Below, piece after piece: positions 36,634-46,172 of a stretch of 52,607 nucleotides of DNA; within the stretch, counting starts at the first letter, position 1, and every line of letters starts with the position of its first letter. The notes below the pieces were generated by a model. That model did not search any database and had not been told where the DNA came from. It saw only the letters and a list, made by a program, of their open reading frames with translations. This stretch comes from an uncultured Oligoflexus sp. (GTDB lineage: Bacteria; Bdellovibrionota_B; Oligoflexia; Oligoflexales; Oligoflexaceae), in NCBI GenBank assembly GCA_964236955.1, contig CAXSGP010000008.1, positions 1-52,607 of the forward strand. The letters run 5' to 3'. A program made the translations under genes and the position numbers.

Positions 36634-37380
36634 ATGAGTTATATGGAACAGAACCTGCGATCCATCAGTCTCGATCATGTGGAACAACGTGCGGCCAAAT
36701 TCATCAGTGATGTCTACATACGAATGACCATTGCCCTGTTCGCGGCGGCGGTGATCGGCTATTTATCCGTATCGAGCGGTCTTTTGCTTTGGGGAATCCA
36801 GTCTCTTGGCCGCGGCTTTTCCCTGGCTATCTTCGGAAGCCAGCTCCTTACTGTCGTCGCATTTCAGTCCTCCGTCTTCAAGATGAAGTCGAGCACCGCC
36901 CAAATTCTATTTGCTGTTTATGCAGCGATCACTGGCTTGACCCTGGGAATGGTCGGCTTGATCTATACGATAGACAGCATTTTCACCATAGGGTTGGCCT
37001 CGGGCGCCGGGTTCGCGGGACTGGTCGCATACGGTAAGCTCACCAAACGCGACCTCGGCCCCGTTGGAACGTTTTGTATCATGGGTTTGACGATGCTGAT
37101 GGTGTATTCGTTGGGAGTTTGGGCAGTGAGTTATTTTGCGCCATCGGAAGCACTGATGGCGTCGACAATCAAGATTCAGGGTATTTTCGGCTGCCTTTGC
37201 TTCTCTGGTCTGACGGCTTTCGAAGCCCAACGTTTAAAGAAAGTGGCCTATGGTTTAGCCGAATCCCAGCCGACCGAAGATAGGGTGGAAGCTTATGTCA
37301 ATGCCGGCGCTCTCAATATGTTCATGAATTTTATCGGTATTTTCCTAAGCGCAATGAGATTGTTCGGCAATAGGAGATAA
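36634..37380 (+). CDS. Bax inhibitor-1/YccA-family membrane protein
   Basis: About 7 TM segments, YGKLTKRDL, FSGLTAFEAQRLK, GALNMFMNFIGIF. Confidence 0.85.
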   Translation: MSYMEQNLRSISLDHVEQRAAKFISDVYIRMTIALFAAAVIGYLSVSSGLLLWGIQSLGRGFSLAIFGSQLLTVVAFQSSVFKMKSSTAQILFAVYAAITGLTLGMVGLIYTIDSIFTIGLASGAGFAGLVAYGKLTKRDLGPVGTFCIMGLTMLMVYSLGVWAVSYFAPSEALMASTIKIQGIFGCLCFSGLTAFEAQRLKKVAYGLAESQPTEDRVEAYVNAGALNMFMNFIGIFLSAMRLFGNRR

Positions 37381-37551
37381 GATTAATGGTTGGTGGGTCC
37401 GGGCTTTACCATCACGATAAAGCTTGATCCTAGGCCAGTGCTCCTGCGGTTTATAAGAGCCTCCTGGCGCCTGCCCGAGGCTCTTCCCCGAAGTCCAAAA
37501 TAGGCCTCGGCAACACTGCCTGAAGGTGCTGCCCTGGCTTAGAGTCGCCGC

Positions 37552-39477
37552 TTATGCAGCAGAAAAGTTAGGAATGACAATCTCATAGAGGGTGCCAACC
37601 TGCTCCTTTGATTTGATCTTTAATTGCCCCTGAAGATCTTCCACCTCAAAGCGAATGCAGGCCATCCCAACTCCCCTTCCTGAGGTTTCCGTCAATTCTT
37701 CCGCGGTCGAAAGCCCGTCTCTAAAGACGAGATGAAGCGTTTCCTCGTGAGAAAGGGATCGAGCCTCGTCCTCATCGATCATTTTCTTGTCAATCGCGCT
37801 CTGCAGAAGTTTGGCGGTTTGGATTCCGCCACCGTCGTCTTGAATCGTGATGCGGAGGCTTGAGTTTTCGATCACTTCAAACTTGAATTGAATATAACCC
37901 TTTACTTCTTTGCCTAGGTGTTCCCTTTCATCCGGGGACTCAATACCATGATCACAGCCGTTCCTGAGAGCATGCACAAGCGCCTTCATCAAGGGCGTAA
38001 AACGCTTGGGGTCCAAGCGAATTTGAGCACCGATCAAATGGAAGCGTATATTTTTCCCCAGCTGCTCAGCCCGACGTTTGACCATGCTATCAAAACCCAC
38101 AAGCATCGATTTTACCGTGCGGAGCCTGAGTCGCTTGAGTATGTGCAGCGTCGTATCTTTGTCAAGCCCCCTGTCGTGTTTAACATAATAAGTCAGGAAA
38201 TTGAGCTCGGCTTCGGTCAAAGTATAGGAATGCTTGTATTCGCCCCAGTTGATTTGCAGAATACCGGCATGGTCATGAAGGAAGCTGCGAAACTTATCCT
38301 CAATGCAGGCTGCTGATTTGACAAAAAAGGCGGCGGTCTCACTCTCTGGAAGACCACTCAATTCAGTCTCCAGTTGGTGAATATATTCGGCTATAACTTC
38401 GAGGCCCATGACGGCACTATTGCCTTTGAGAGTATGCAAAAGGCGTTTGCCAATGGCTTCGGATGGGGCGGCCGCGAGCACCTCGATTTCCTTCTTTGTG
38501 TCTGCCAGAAAATCCTTAAAGGGATCCTTATCGCTCAAGATGGCGAGAAGACATTCATTCATCCTTTGGATCTGGGCAAAGGCTTTTTGATCGCGAATAT
38601 TTTCGGTGACGTCATTGGCTTCAATGATGAGTCTTGCCGGGGCATGGGTTGCCGTTAGGATAGGCGTGTAGGTGAAGGTGAGGATGCGTTCATCTTCGGT
38701 AATCAGGCGTTTCGGTAAAAGGCTCAGGTTGAGTTCGAGCGGCATGAAGTCTTCAAACAGCTGCTCCAGGCCGTTTTGCAAAAACAATTCTACTCCCGGT
38801 GCCAGGCCCAGGCTTTCCCCTATCACCTGGCCGGCGATGTGCCGCTTAAAGATATCCTCACAGGAATGGGAGACCGTCTCGGCAATCCTAAGGTCCTTTT
38901 CAACAATGAAAAATCCCTCGTGCAGGTTATCGAGGATATCACGGGTTCGCTGATTGGCTTCCGCCTGTGCCTGAGCCAGACGTCTGGCCCCTTCAGCCTG
39001 CATTTTTGCTTCGGTCGCTGTACGTTCCGCATTCATCGAACGCAGCATTTCATGGTTTTGAATTTCCACCATGCGGGGTGCTTCCGATAGTTTATGCAAA
39101 ACCCTCAGGTTCGCCGTGAGCACAGGGGTAGGGGTCGCAGCGATGAGGTAGAAAGTGCTCCCCGCCTTGTAGGCCTCCAGGATAAAGTCTTCGTCATCAT
39201 TGCCGCACAGGGCCAGGATAGGTTGCAAAGGCCGCTTCTGACGCCAGGTGCGTAAGACGTTGAGATCTTCAAAGGCTTCCATAAGTCGGATTTCAAAAAG
39301 TATAACGCCCTGGCATTCCGAATCAGCCGGAGCATCGTGGCCTAAGACGGTGATTGCGAAGAGGCCCGATAAGTCAAGTTCCTGGACTCTGTCAAGCATG
39401 GCGGCTTCGGTGGCGATTACGACCAATGGAATGGTCGGTTCTTCCATAAAATCCACTGGATCGTCAGAAAAAGTCAT
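37552..39477 (-). CDS. Cytoplasmic CheA-like kinase: atypical REC, coiled coil, PAS-like, Hpt, HATPase
   Basis: LHTLKGNS (Hpt), HALRNGCDHGIE, DDGGG, and GLSTAEELTETSGRGVGM. No CheW domain. Confidence 0.85.
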   Translation of the reverse strand: MTFSDDPVDFMEEPTIPLVVIATEAAMLDRVQELDLSGLFAITVLGHDAPADSECQGVILFEIRLMEAFEDLNVLRTWRQKRPLQPILALCGNDDEDFILEAYKAGSTFYLIAATPTPVLTANLRVLHKLSEAPRMVEIQNHEMLRSMNAERTATEAKMQAEGARRLAQAQAEANQRTRDILDNLHEGFFIVEKDLRIAETVSHSCEDIFKRHIAGQVIGESLGLAPGVELFLQNGLEQLFEDFMPLELNLSLLPKRLITEDERILTFTYTPILTATHAPARLIIEANDVTENIRDQKAFAQIQRMNECLLAILSDKDPFKDFLADTKKEIEVLAAAPSEAIGKRLLHTLKGNSAVMGLEVIAEYIHQLETELSGLPESETAAFFVKSAACIEDKFRSFLHDHAGILQINWGEYKHSYTLTEAELNFLTYYVKHDRGLDKDTTLHILKRLRLRTVKSMLVGFDSMVKRRAEQLGKNIRFHLIGAQIRLDPKRFTPLMKALVHALRNGCDHGIESPDEREHLGKEVKGYIQFKFEVIENSSLRITIQDDGGGIQTAKLLQSAIDKKMIDEDEARSLSHEETLHLVFRDGLSTAEELTETSGRGVGMACIRFEVEDLQGQLKIKSKEQVGTLYEIVIPNFSAA

Positions 39478-39500
39478 TGATTACGCAGCTCCAGATTTGA

Positions 39501-40679
39501 TCAGGCGGCACCGTTAAGAAACTTCTCGACCTCTTGCAGCTTGGCTCTGGCGTTGGGAAAATCAGGAGATATTTTCAGCACCATTTCAAGATGATTCTTA
39601 GCCTCGGGAATCGCTTTCATGGCGATACAGCAAACAGCCATATTGAAATAAACCTTAGGATCGAGCGGTGAAATCTTTAAGGCATCGCTATAGGCCGTGA
39701 TCGCTTCATCCAGGCGATTGAGTTTGCGCATGCAGGCGCCTTTGATATTCAGCAGTTCAACATTCGGACCAAAAAACTGGACCGATGATTGGATCGTTTG
39801 AAGACTTTCTTCAAAGCGACCCTTTTGAAACTGCAGCCGGGCCATTGCATTCCAAAATTCAGGGACTTTAAAGTCCTTTTTAATCGCGTCCCGACAGATG
39901 TGTTCGGAAGCTTCAAGGATCTTAAGCTCATTATAGAAATTGAGAATACGCGTATGATAGAAGGGCGAATCGACCATTGGCCCGAGGAGGGCGAGGCCAG
40001 CATTCTGAGCTTCTGCCAGTTGCTGGCGTTTTAGCAACAGTTTGATCTGCAAGAGATTCGCCGAGGTGTTTTGGGTATCGGCTTTCAGGGCATCGAGCAC
40101 CAAAGCCTCGGCTTTAGCCTCTTCACCCTTTTGACTGTAGGCTTCAGCCAATCCCAAGGAGCTACGAAGGCTCTTCTTGGTCAGACTATGAAGCTCGAGA
40201 TAAAGTTCCACCGCCTGGTCCGACTTAACTCCAATCAAGGCTGCTTTGGCCTTGGTATACTTGTTTTCCGCAGTTCCCGAAGTCTTAAAGAGCTGGAGAG
40301 TGGAGTTAATAAGAAAGGACAGATCGGCTTCATTGGTCGGCGCCTTCAGGTATTTCACCAGTCCATAGGCCTTCATTTCCTCATCGGAAGCCGGAGCCGG
40401 CATATCACCCAGGAGGACGACCGGCATGTTTTGGATCTTATCCGAGGTCTTCATCTCCTTGATGAGATTCCAGCCCGATATAAATTTGATTTTGTTATGG
40501 CAGATAACGACATCATAGGAGGTCGTATTGAGCTTCTTCAGAGCTTCGATACCGTTCTCAATATTATCGATCTGCCCATATTCAAAGCCTTTAAGGGAGT
40601 TTTTTATAGAAGGTACCGACTCCTTCAGGCCGGAAAGGATAAGAGCTTTGGTGACGATGGGCGTTATCGTTTTGGTCAT
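39501..40679 (-). CDS. Atypical REC plus TPR-repeat protein
   Basis: ENGIEALKKL...YDVVICH...ISGWNLIK (REC-like), followed by TPRs (e.g. NIKGACMRKLNRLDEAITAYSDALKISP). Ends 23 nt upstream of the CheA-like gene. Confidence 0.8.
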   Translation of the reverse strand: MTKTITPIVTKALILSGLKESVPSIKNSLKGFEYGQIDNIENGIEALKKLNTTSYDVVICHNKIKFISGWNLIKEMKTSDKIQNMPVVLLGDMPAPASDEEMKAYGLVKYLKAPTNEADLSFLINSTLQLFKTSGTAENKYTKAKAALIGVKSDQAVELYLELHSLTKKSLRSSLGLAEAYSQKGEEAKAEALVLDALKADTQNTSANLLQIKLLLKRQQLAEAQNAGLALLGPMVDSPFYHTRILNFYNELKILEASEHICRDAIKKDFKVPEFWNAMARLQFQKGRFEESLQTIQSSVQFFGPNVELLNIKGACMRKLNRLDEAITAYSDALKISPLDPKVYFNMAVCCIAMKAIPEAKNHLEMVLKISPDFPNARAKLQEVEKFLNGAA

Positions 40680-41097
40680 ATCGTGAACTCTTTCTAACAG
40701 GTGTAGGCGCAATGCGAAGAGTCGATTTTAATCTATCCTCTCATGATAGTTCATTATCATGGCGCTTAGAAGAATGCCGCTTTACCGCGATTTGCATTGG
40801 GATTGCCGGGCAGCCGAATAAGATAAGGTGAACGCTGGTTTTGTGGAGTTTTTTTTCGAGAAAGGAAAGCGAAGGGGATCGTCGACTTTCTTCCCATATG
40901 ATCAGATTTAGGGGGCGGCGATGCTTCTTCTAAAGCGACAAGGCCGATCAACCCCGGCCTTTTTAATACGATAAGAGATTCATGAATTTAAATTTGGATA
41001 AAACAAGCTGTGGACTAGCATGTGCTGGTCCACCAAACTTTTGAATAAAGCCTTAATGCTGCTTCTGTTTCGGCCGTCATTAAGCCACTCGCTTAAA

Positions 41098-41454
41098 TCA
41101 GTTGGGTCCGACGACATCGTCCACAACGATGTTGCTGCCGAGGGCACGCAGGCAGAGGTCTTCTGAAAATTCACTTCCAACGAAGTGAAGAACGGCTTTC
41201 GCATCCTGATGAGTGGCGATAAGACGTTTGTTGCGCTCGATCACTGCCGTTTCACGAGGAAACTTGCGATCGGTAGGCATGATGGAAAGACGAACATTGT
41301 TTTGCATGGCCCATTCAGCCGTCATGGTTTCCGCGCCTGGCTCGGTGCCAATGACGATGGTGGAGACCTTGTGTCGACGGGTGTATTCGCGAAGGGCGTT
41401 AGTGAGAAGACTTCGGTTCTGATAGTTTTGTGAACCACAAACGATAATTTTCAT
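41098..41454 (-). CDS. DUF2493/YspA (SLOG superfamily) protein, divergent
   Basis: MKIIVCGSQNY...IVIGTEPGAE...EWA...ERNKRL follows the YspA/SLOG pattern. Confidence 0.65.
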   Translation of the reverse strand: MKIIVCGSQNYQNRSLLTNALREYTRRHKVSTIVIGTEPGAETMTAEWAMQNNVRLSIMPTDRKFPRETAVIERNKRLIATHQDAKAVLHFVGSEFSEDLCLRALGSNIVVDDVVGPN

Positions 41455-42045
41455 TTGGCTCCGAAAATAGATTAGGATTCATCTGTTAGGGATCGATAGA
41501 AAATACCAGCCTACTGCTGATAAGACAAGGATTCATTTTAAAGAATAGGCTTGGCCTTAACATTTTTTAAAGGCGGCAAAGGCAGGCTGAGAGTGGGCTG
41601 TGATCCAATTTTAAAAGATGTTCTGAGACCGGCGAATATTCTTTAGAGGAATCAAGGAATTGCACGATCGAATGAGCTGGGTCGAGACCGGGATCGGGTG
41701 AGCGGAATTAAAGAGAAGAGAAAGTCTGGAAATATCGAAGATATAATCCATGAAAACTAATAGTCAAAGCCAGAGGCAGAAATTTTTCAGTTTTCCACTA
41801 TATACGCTAAAAAGACGCATAAAGGCTAGAGCCCTCACTACGAGGGCACCGGCTCATTGAGTTGTGTGTGCCAAGGCGGTAGAACCCATTGAAATCAAAG
41901 AACATCATGATTGGCAGGGTCATATTTATGCGGCTAAAAAAACATGCAAGGTTATGAAATTATGGGGAAATTCAATTATTCATCTAGGCCTTGTTTGGCG
42001 AAGAATGTATAAGCGGATCAGGTAAAAGTTTTTTCAGGAGATTTT

Positions 42046-42477
42046 ATGAAACTGTTATTGCCTCTAGCTCTTGCCCTCACTGTACTTGGTGCTTGTACTC
42101 ATGATCCAGCTCCCGAAACTAAGGCAGCCGCTGCCGAACCTTCTGCAAAAGAAGGCTGGGAGAACATGAAAGATGGTACTAAAGAAGTCGCTCACGGTGC
42201 TGGTGAAGTCGCTAAAGATGCCGGCAACACGGTTGTTGAAGGCGCTAAAGATGCCGGATCAGCAATCAAAGAAGGTGCTGTTGACGCAGGTCATGCGATC
42301 AAATCAGCAGCTTGTCCTGTTCTCGGTAACAAGACGAACAAGCTCTATTACACCAAAACAAGTAAGAGCTATCAGACTCTCTTGAACGGTAAAAAAGCTT
42401 TGAGCTCGGAAAGCCGTGAATGTTTCAGTAGCGAAGCTAATGCTCGTGAAGCCGGCTTCAAAAGCACCGCGAAATAA
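42046..42477 (+). CDS. Lipoprotein with 11-mer amphipathic repeats and an Ada/sunset-like C-terminal domain
   Basis: AGGAG RBS, lipobox LGAC, (xEGAKDAGxAI)-type repeats, then CPVLGN...KLYY...CFSSEANAREAGFK. Confidence 0.75.
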   Translation: MKLLLPLALALTVLGACTHDPAPETKAAAAEPSAKEGWENMKDGTKEVAHGAGEVAKDAGNTVVEGAKDAGSAIKEGAVDAGHAIKSAACPVLGNKTNKLYYTKTSKSYQTLLNGKKALSSESRECFSSEANAREAGFKSTAK

Positions 42478-42582
42478 GTACGAGTCGAGGTGCGGATCCT
42501 ATCGGCCATGCCTTTGGATAGGACGCGCCTCACCTCGATTGCCAAGACCTCCTCGTCACAATCCAGCGCTGATAAATAATTT

Positions 42583-42623
42583 TTTTGCCATTTTGCAATT
42601 TGCCATTTTGCCATTTTGCCATT
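42583..42623. repeat. Short tandem repeat (TTTTGCCA) x about 5
   Basis: TTTTGCCA TTTTGCAA TTTGCCA TTTTGCCA TTTTGCCA, intergenic. Confidence 0.9.
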
Positions 42624-42822
42624 AGGAATGACCCATTCCTTGGGCTTCGCTGCACTATAGACATTGGGTTAGCCATTTTTGACTCGCTCAGGATTGCTAG
42701 GCTTCAACTGAGTTTTTCAAGGGCTTTCTATAGGAACAGAGGCAACGCTTGAAGGTAGACGGACGCTTAAAAAAGTCCTAGAACTTTAGGAAAGCCTGTT
42801 ATTTCTCGTTTGGAGTCGATTC

Positions 42823-43245
42823 ATGACAAAGCCTCGCGAACTCGATGTTCTTATGGCCCAAAAAGTACTTGGTCATCAGGTCTACCATGAAAAAACCGGT
42901 GCGATTCGGGAACGTTTGGCCTCGGGGCAAACCCGTCCTCTTCGCAATTATACCAATGAAATAGGCGCGGCATGGGAAGTGGTCGAGAAGTTGGGCATAA
43001 CGCTTTTACCCGTCGATCAGGGTTGGTTTGCCCTGGTGGGTCAAAAAAAAGCTTGGGCGAGTCCCGCTGACTTTATAACTTATCTTCAGACTGCAGATTT
43101 TGCTAATTCTGGCGCAGCTGTGGGTGAGCAGGCTCCGCTGACGATCTGTCTGGCAGCGATGAAAGCCCTGGAGCGCCGACAGATCGAACCCGCTGTCTGG
43201 ATGGGTGAAGCGGAGTCTGAAAGCGATACCACGCTCATCAATTGA
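42823..43245 (+). CDS. Hypothetical protein resembling the phage ABA-sandwich (BC1872-like) family
   Basis: GGAG RBS. RELDVLMAQKVLG...YTNEIGAAWEVVEKL...APLTICLAAMKAL. Confidence 0.6.
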   Translation: MTKPRELDVLMAQKVLGHQVYHEKTGAIRERLASGQTRPLRNYTNEIGAAWEVVEKLGITLLPVDQGWFALVGQKKAWASPADFITYLQTADFANSGAAVGEQAPLTICLAAMKALERRQIEPAVWMGEAESESDTTLIN

Positions 43246-43287
43246 GAGTTCCACTCTTAAAGTCTGCCTCCACTTCACTAGCAGCAA

Positions 43288-46110
43288 TCAGCGATGAACG
43301 AGGCGCGCGTCCGTGCAGTCCAGGTCGAAACCACGATTCACGCCGGGTTTAAAGTGATCCCGGAAAGTCACCAGGGTTTGCAGCAGGGTCTTTCGGTTGA
43401 TGGGTTTGCTCAGATGGGAATTAAATCCACTTGCCATGCAGCGGGTTCGCTCCTCCGCCATAGCGTGGGCGGTCAGGGCGATAATCGGACCTTCGTACTT
43501 AAGCCGACGAAGCTCCCGGGTTGCAGCATGACCATCCATGATCGGCATCTGCAGATCCATCAGAATGATGAAATACTCGCCGGTAATGGCTTTTTCCACA
43601 CCTTCTTTACCATTCGATGCAGTTTCCACCTGGGCGCCGCTCATGCGCAGCATGCGGCTTATCAGGAGCTGATTGTCGAGACTGTCTTCGACAAGCAATA
43701 CCTTGAGTTGATTCAGACTGATCGGAGCCTCTTCCATGCGAAGCTCGACCTGAGGCTTCGTCGGCACAAAGGATGGGGAAGCCGTCAGCTCAATCGCACC
43801 GGGATCGATGGTAACCACAAAACAACTGCCCGAGCCAAGGGCACTCTCGGCAAGGACCACATCGCCCCCCAGACTCATCGCCAGTTTTTTCGACAGGACC
43901 AAGCCCAGACCCGTTCCGCCGAACTGTCTCGTGGTGGAGCTGTCGGCCTGAGCAAAGGGCTCAAATAGCCGTTTGGCCTGTTCCCGACTCACGCCCCGCC
44001 CCGTATCGCGGATGACAAAGGCCAGGTGTGGATATACCGCCCCAACATGTTCCTGACGAATCGTGATGCTGATGGAGCCCTTGTCGGTGAATTTAATCGC
44101 GTTGCCGACGATATTAAAAAGTATCTGCCGCAGGCGAAGCGGATCGGTGGTGATGCGGGATGGGATGGTACCTTCCGTTGTCAAGGTCAAGCGCAGCCCT
44201 TTTTCAGTCGCCTCGAGATCGAGCAGCATATTGATGTCGGTCAGTATCTCGTCCAGCGTAACTTCAACCTTTTCGACATCAAGCTTACCGGCCTCAACTT
44301 TCGAGAGATCCAAGATATCGTTGATGATATTGGAAAGCATCTTGCCGTTGCGTTTGATCGCATCGACGCATTTTTGCTTTTCTGCCAAAGTTTGATCACT
44401 GGCCAGCATCAGCTCTGAAAATCCCATGACCGCTCCCAAAGGCGTGCGGATTTCATGACTCATATTGGCAAGAAAAGCACTTTTCGCATTGTTCGCGGCC
44501 TCGGCCAGTTCTTTCGCAGTCTGAAGCTCTTCCTGTTTCCGACGCAAGAGGGTTTCGATGCGCTCACGCTCTTCAACCTCGGTCCGAAGCGCGTTGTTGG
44601 CCATTTCAAGTTCAGCGGTACGCTCTTTGACTTTGGTGTCGAGAACTTCATAGGCCCGCTGAAGGGAAGCCTCGGCATTTTTCCTATCCGTGATGTTACG
44701 GGTGACTTTCGAAAAGCCCTTGAGATTACCCTCGGCATCATACAAAGGGGTGAGAACGGCACTCGCCCAGAAAATCGAACCGTCCTTGCGGACCCGCAGC
44801 CCCTCATCTTCATGCTGGCCGTTGTCAATTGCGCTTTTCAGGTCGAGATCCATCTGATTGGCCGCAATCGCCTCGGGAGTGTAGAATAAAGAAAAATGCC
44901 TGCCGATGACCTCAGCCGCATGATAGCCCTTGATGCGCTGCGCACCTTCATTCCAGGTCTTCACGTTGCCCTTGGTATCGAGCATGAAGATCGCATAATC
45001 TTTAACGCCAGCGACCAGCAGACGAAAACGTTCTTCGCTTTCTCTGAGAGTCTGCTCGGTCCTTTTTCTCTGGAAATATTGTCCCACGCGTGAACTGATG
45101 TCGATGAGTGTCGCGAGTTTTAGTTTGTCTTCGGGTTCCACCCGCTGATTGAAAAATTCAACGATCGCCGTGAGTTCACCGCCGGTAAATATGGGAATCA
45201 CGACGACCCCGTGGGGTTCCTCAAAGCCTTTTAAAGAACGTGTCACTTCGCTGTGATTGCTGATATCGCTGATCCAAACGGGTTCGCCGCTCATCCATAC
45301 CTTGCCGATCAGACTTTCGCCCTTGGCAAACGTCAGGGGGCGGCTGGCATTTTCCATGATCATCATCGCTTTGGTGCCATCATGGGCGACTTCGTTCAAT
45401 CGCAAGACCTCAGCTTCGGCATCCAGGCCCCAGAGAGCTGCCCATTTCCAATCAAAGCCTTTGGCCACCGTCGTCAAAAGCTTGGCGATCGAATCGGCCA
45501 TGGTTAATGGTTCAGCCAGGATGCGGGTGATGTCGAGCTGAATAATCTGCAGTTCTTCGATTCGTTTCTTATAGGCATTTTCCCGCAGCGCATCCCGGAT
45601 CCGCTGCTGCTGAGCCGCCGCCTGGGCCTGCAGCTCGGCGATTTTATAAGCCTGTTCGCGGCGCTCGCTTTCGAGCAAAAAAGCGGCTTGCTGGCGATTG
45701 ATCACCTTCTGTTGAAAGAGCTGCACAAACACCGCGACCTTGGCCTTAACCAGCTCAGGCTCCAGAGGTTTCTGCAAATAATCTACGGCGCCGGCATCAT
45801 AGGCGCGAAAAATATCAGCGATATTCGAGTCCATCGCGGTCATGAAGATGATGGGGATGGAACTCAGATGGGGCTGCTGCTTGATACGTTTTGCCAGCTC
45901 AAAGCCATCCATCACCGGCATCATGATGTCGGTGAGGATAACCGCATATTCGCCATTTTCCAGACAAGCCAGCGCTTCCCGCCCCGAGGTCGCGGCCACC
46001 AGCTTATAACCCGGCAGACAGAGAAACGACTCCAGGGCAATCAGATTGCTCGGCTTGTCGTCGACGAGCAGAATATTAACTGCTTGATCTCTGGTCTCTG
46101 TCGAATCCAT
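43288..46110 (-). CDS. Hybrid histidine kinase REC-GAF-PAS-HisKA-HATPase-REC
   Basis: ILLVDD...TDIMMP, a GAF-like segment, PAS (WNEGAQRIKGY...RKDGS), MSHEIRTPL, GNAIKFT, GGTGLGL, and MDLQMP. Confidence 0.93.
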   Translation of the reverse strand: MDSTETRDQAVNILLVDDKPSNLIALESFLCLPGYKLVAATSGREALACLENGEYAVILTDIMMPVMDGFELAKRIKQQPHLSSIPIIFMTAMDSNIADIFRAYDAGAVDYLQKPLEPELVKAKVAVFVQLFQQKVINRQQAAFLLESERREQAYKIAELQAQAAAQQQRIRDALRENAYKKRIEELQIIQLDITRILAEPLTMADSIAKLLTTVAKGFDWKWAALWGLDAEAEVLRLNEVAHDGTKAMMIMENASRPLTFAKGESLIGKVWMSGEPVWISDISNHSEVTRSLKGFEEPHGVVVIPIFTGGELTAIVEFFNQRVEPEDKLKLATLIDISSRVGQYFQRKRTEQTLRESEERFRLLVAGVKDYAIFMLDTKGNVKTWNEGAQRIKGYHAAEVIGRHFSLFYTPEAIAANQMDLDLKSAIDNGQHEDEGLRVRKDGSIFWASAVLTPLYDAEGNLKGFSKVTRNITDRKNAEASLQRAYEVLDTKVKERTAELEMANNALRTEVEERERIETLLRRKQEELQTAKELAEAANNAKSAFLANMSHEIRTPLGAVMGFSELMLASDQTLAEKQKCVDAIKRNGKMLSNIINDILDLSKVEAGKLDVEKVEVTLDEILTDINMLLDLEATEKGLRLTLTTEGTIPSRITTDPLRLRQILFNIVGNAIKFTDKGSISITIRQEHVGAVYPHLAFVIRDTGRGVSREQAKRLFEPFAQADSSTTRQFGGTGLGLVLSKKLAMSLGGDVVLAESALGSGSCFVVTIDPGAIELTASPSFVPTKPQVELRMEEAPISLNQLKVLLVEDSLDNQLLISRMLRMSGAQVETASNGKEGVEKAITGEYFIILMDLQMPIMDGHAATRELRRLKYEGPIIALTAHAMAEERTRCMASGFNSHLSKPINRKTLLQTLVTFRDHFKPGVNRGFDLDCTDARLVHR

Positions 46111-46172
46111 TACCGCTCCCAGGGGCTGAGGCTTTCGCCAGAGCTTTTATTATAATCTTAGAGCCGAGGCAA

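Noticed and set aside
42372..42614. ORF starting MAKWQIAKWQK
   Set aside because: An artefact of translating the TTTTGCCA tandem repeat, and it overlaps a real gene on the opposite strand.
41098..43245. Prophage or defence island around the SLOG and ABA-sandwich-like genes
   Set aside because: No integrase, structural genes, att-like repeats or other defence genes were seen.
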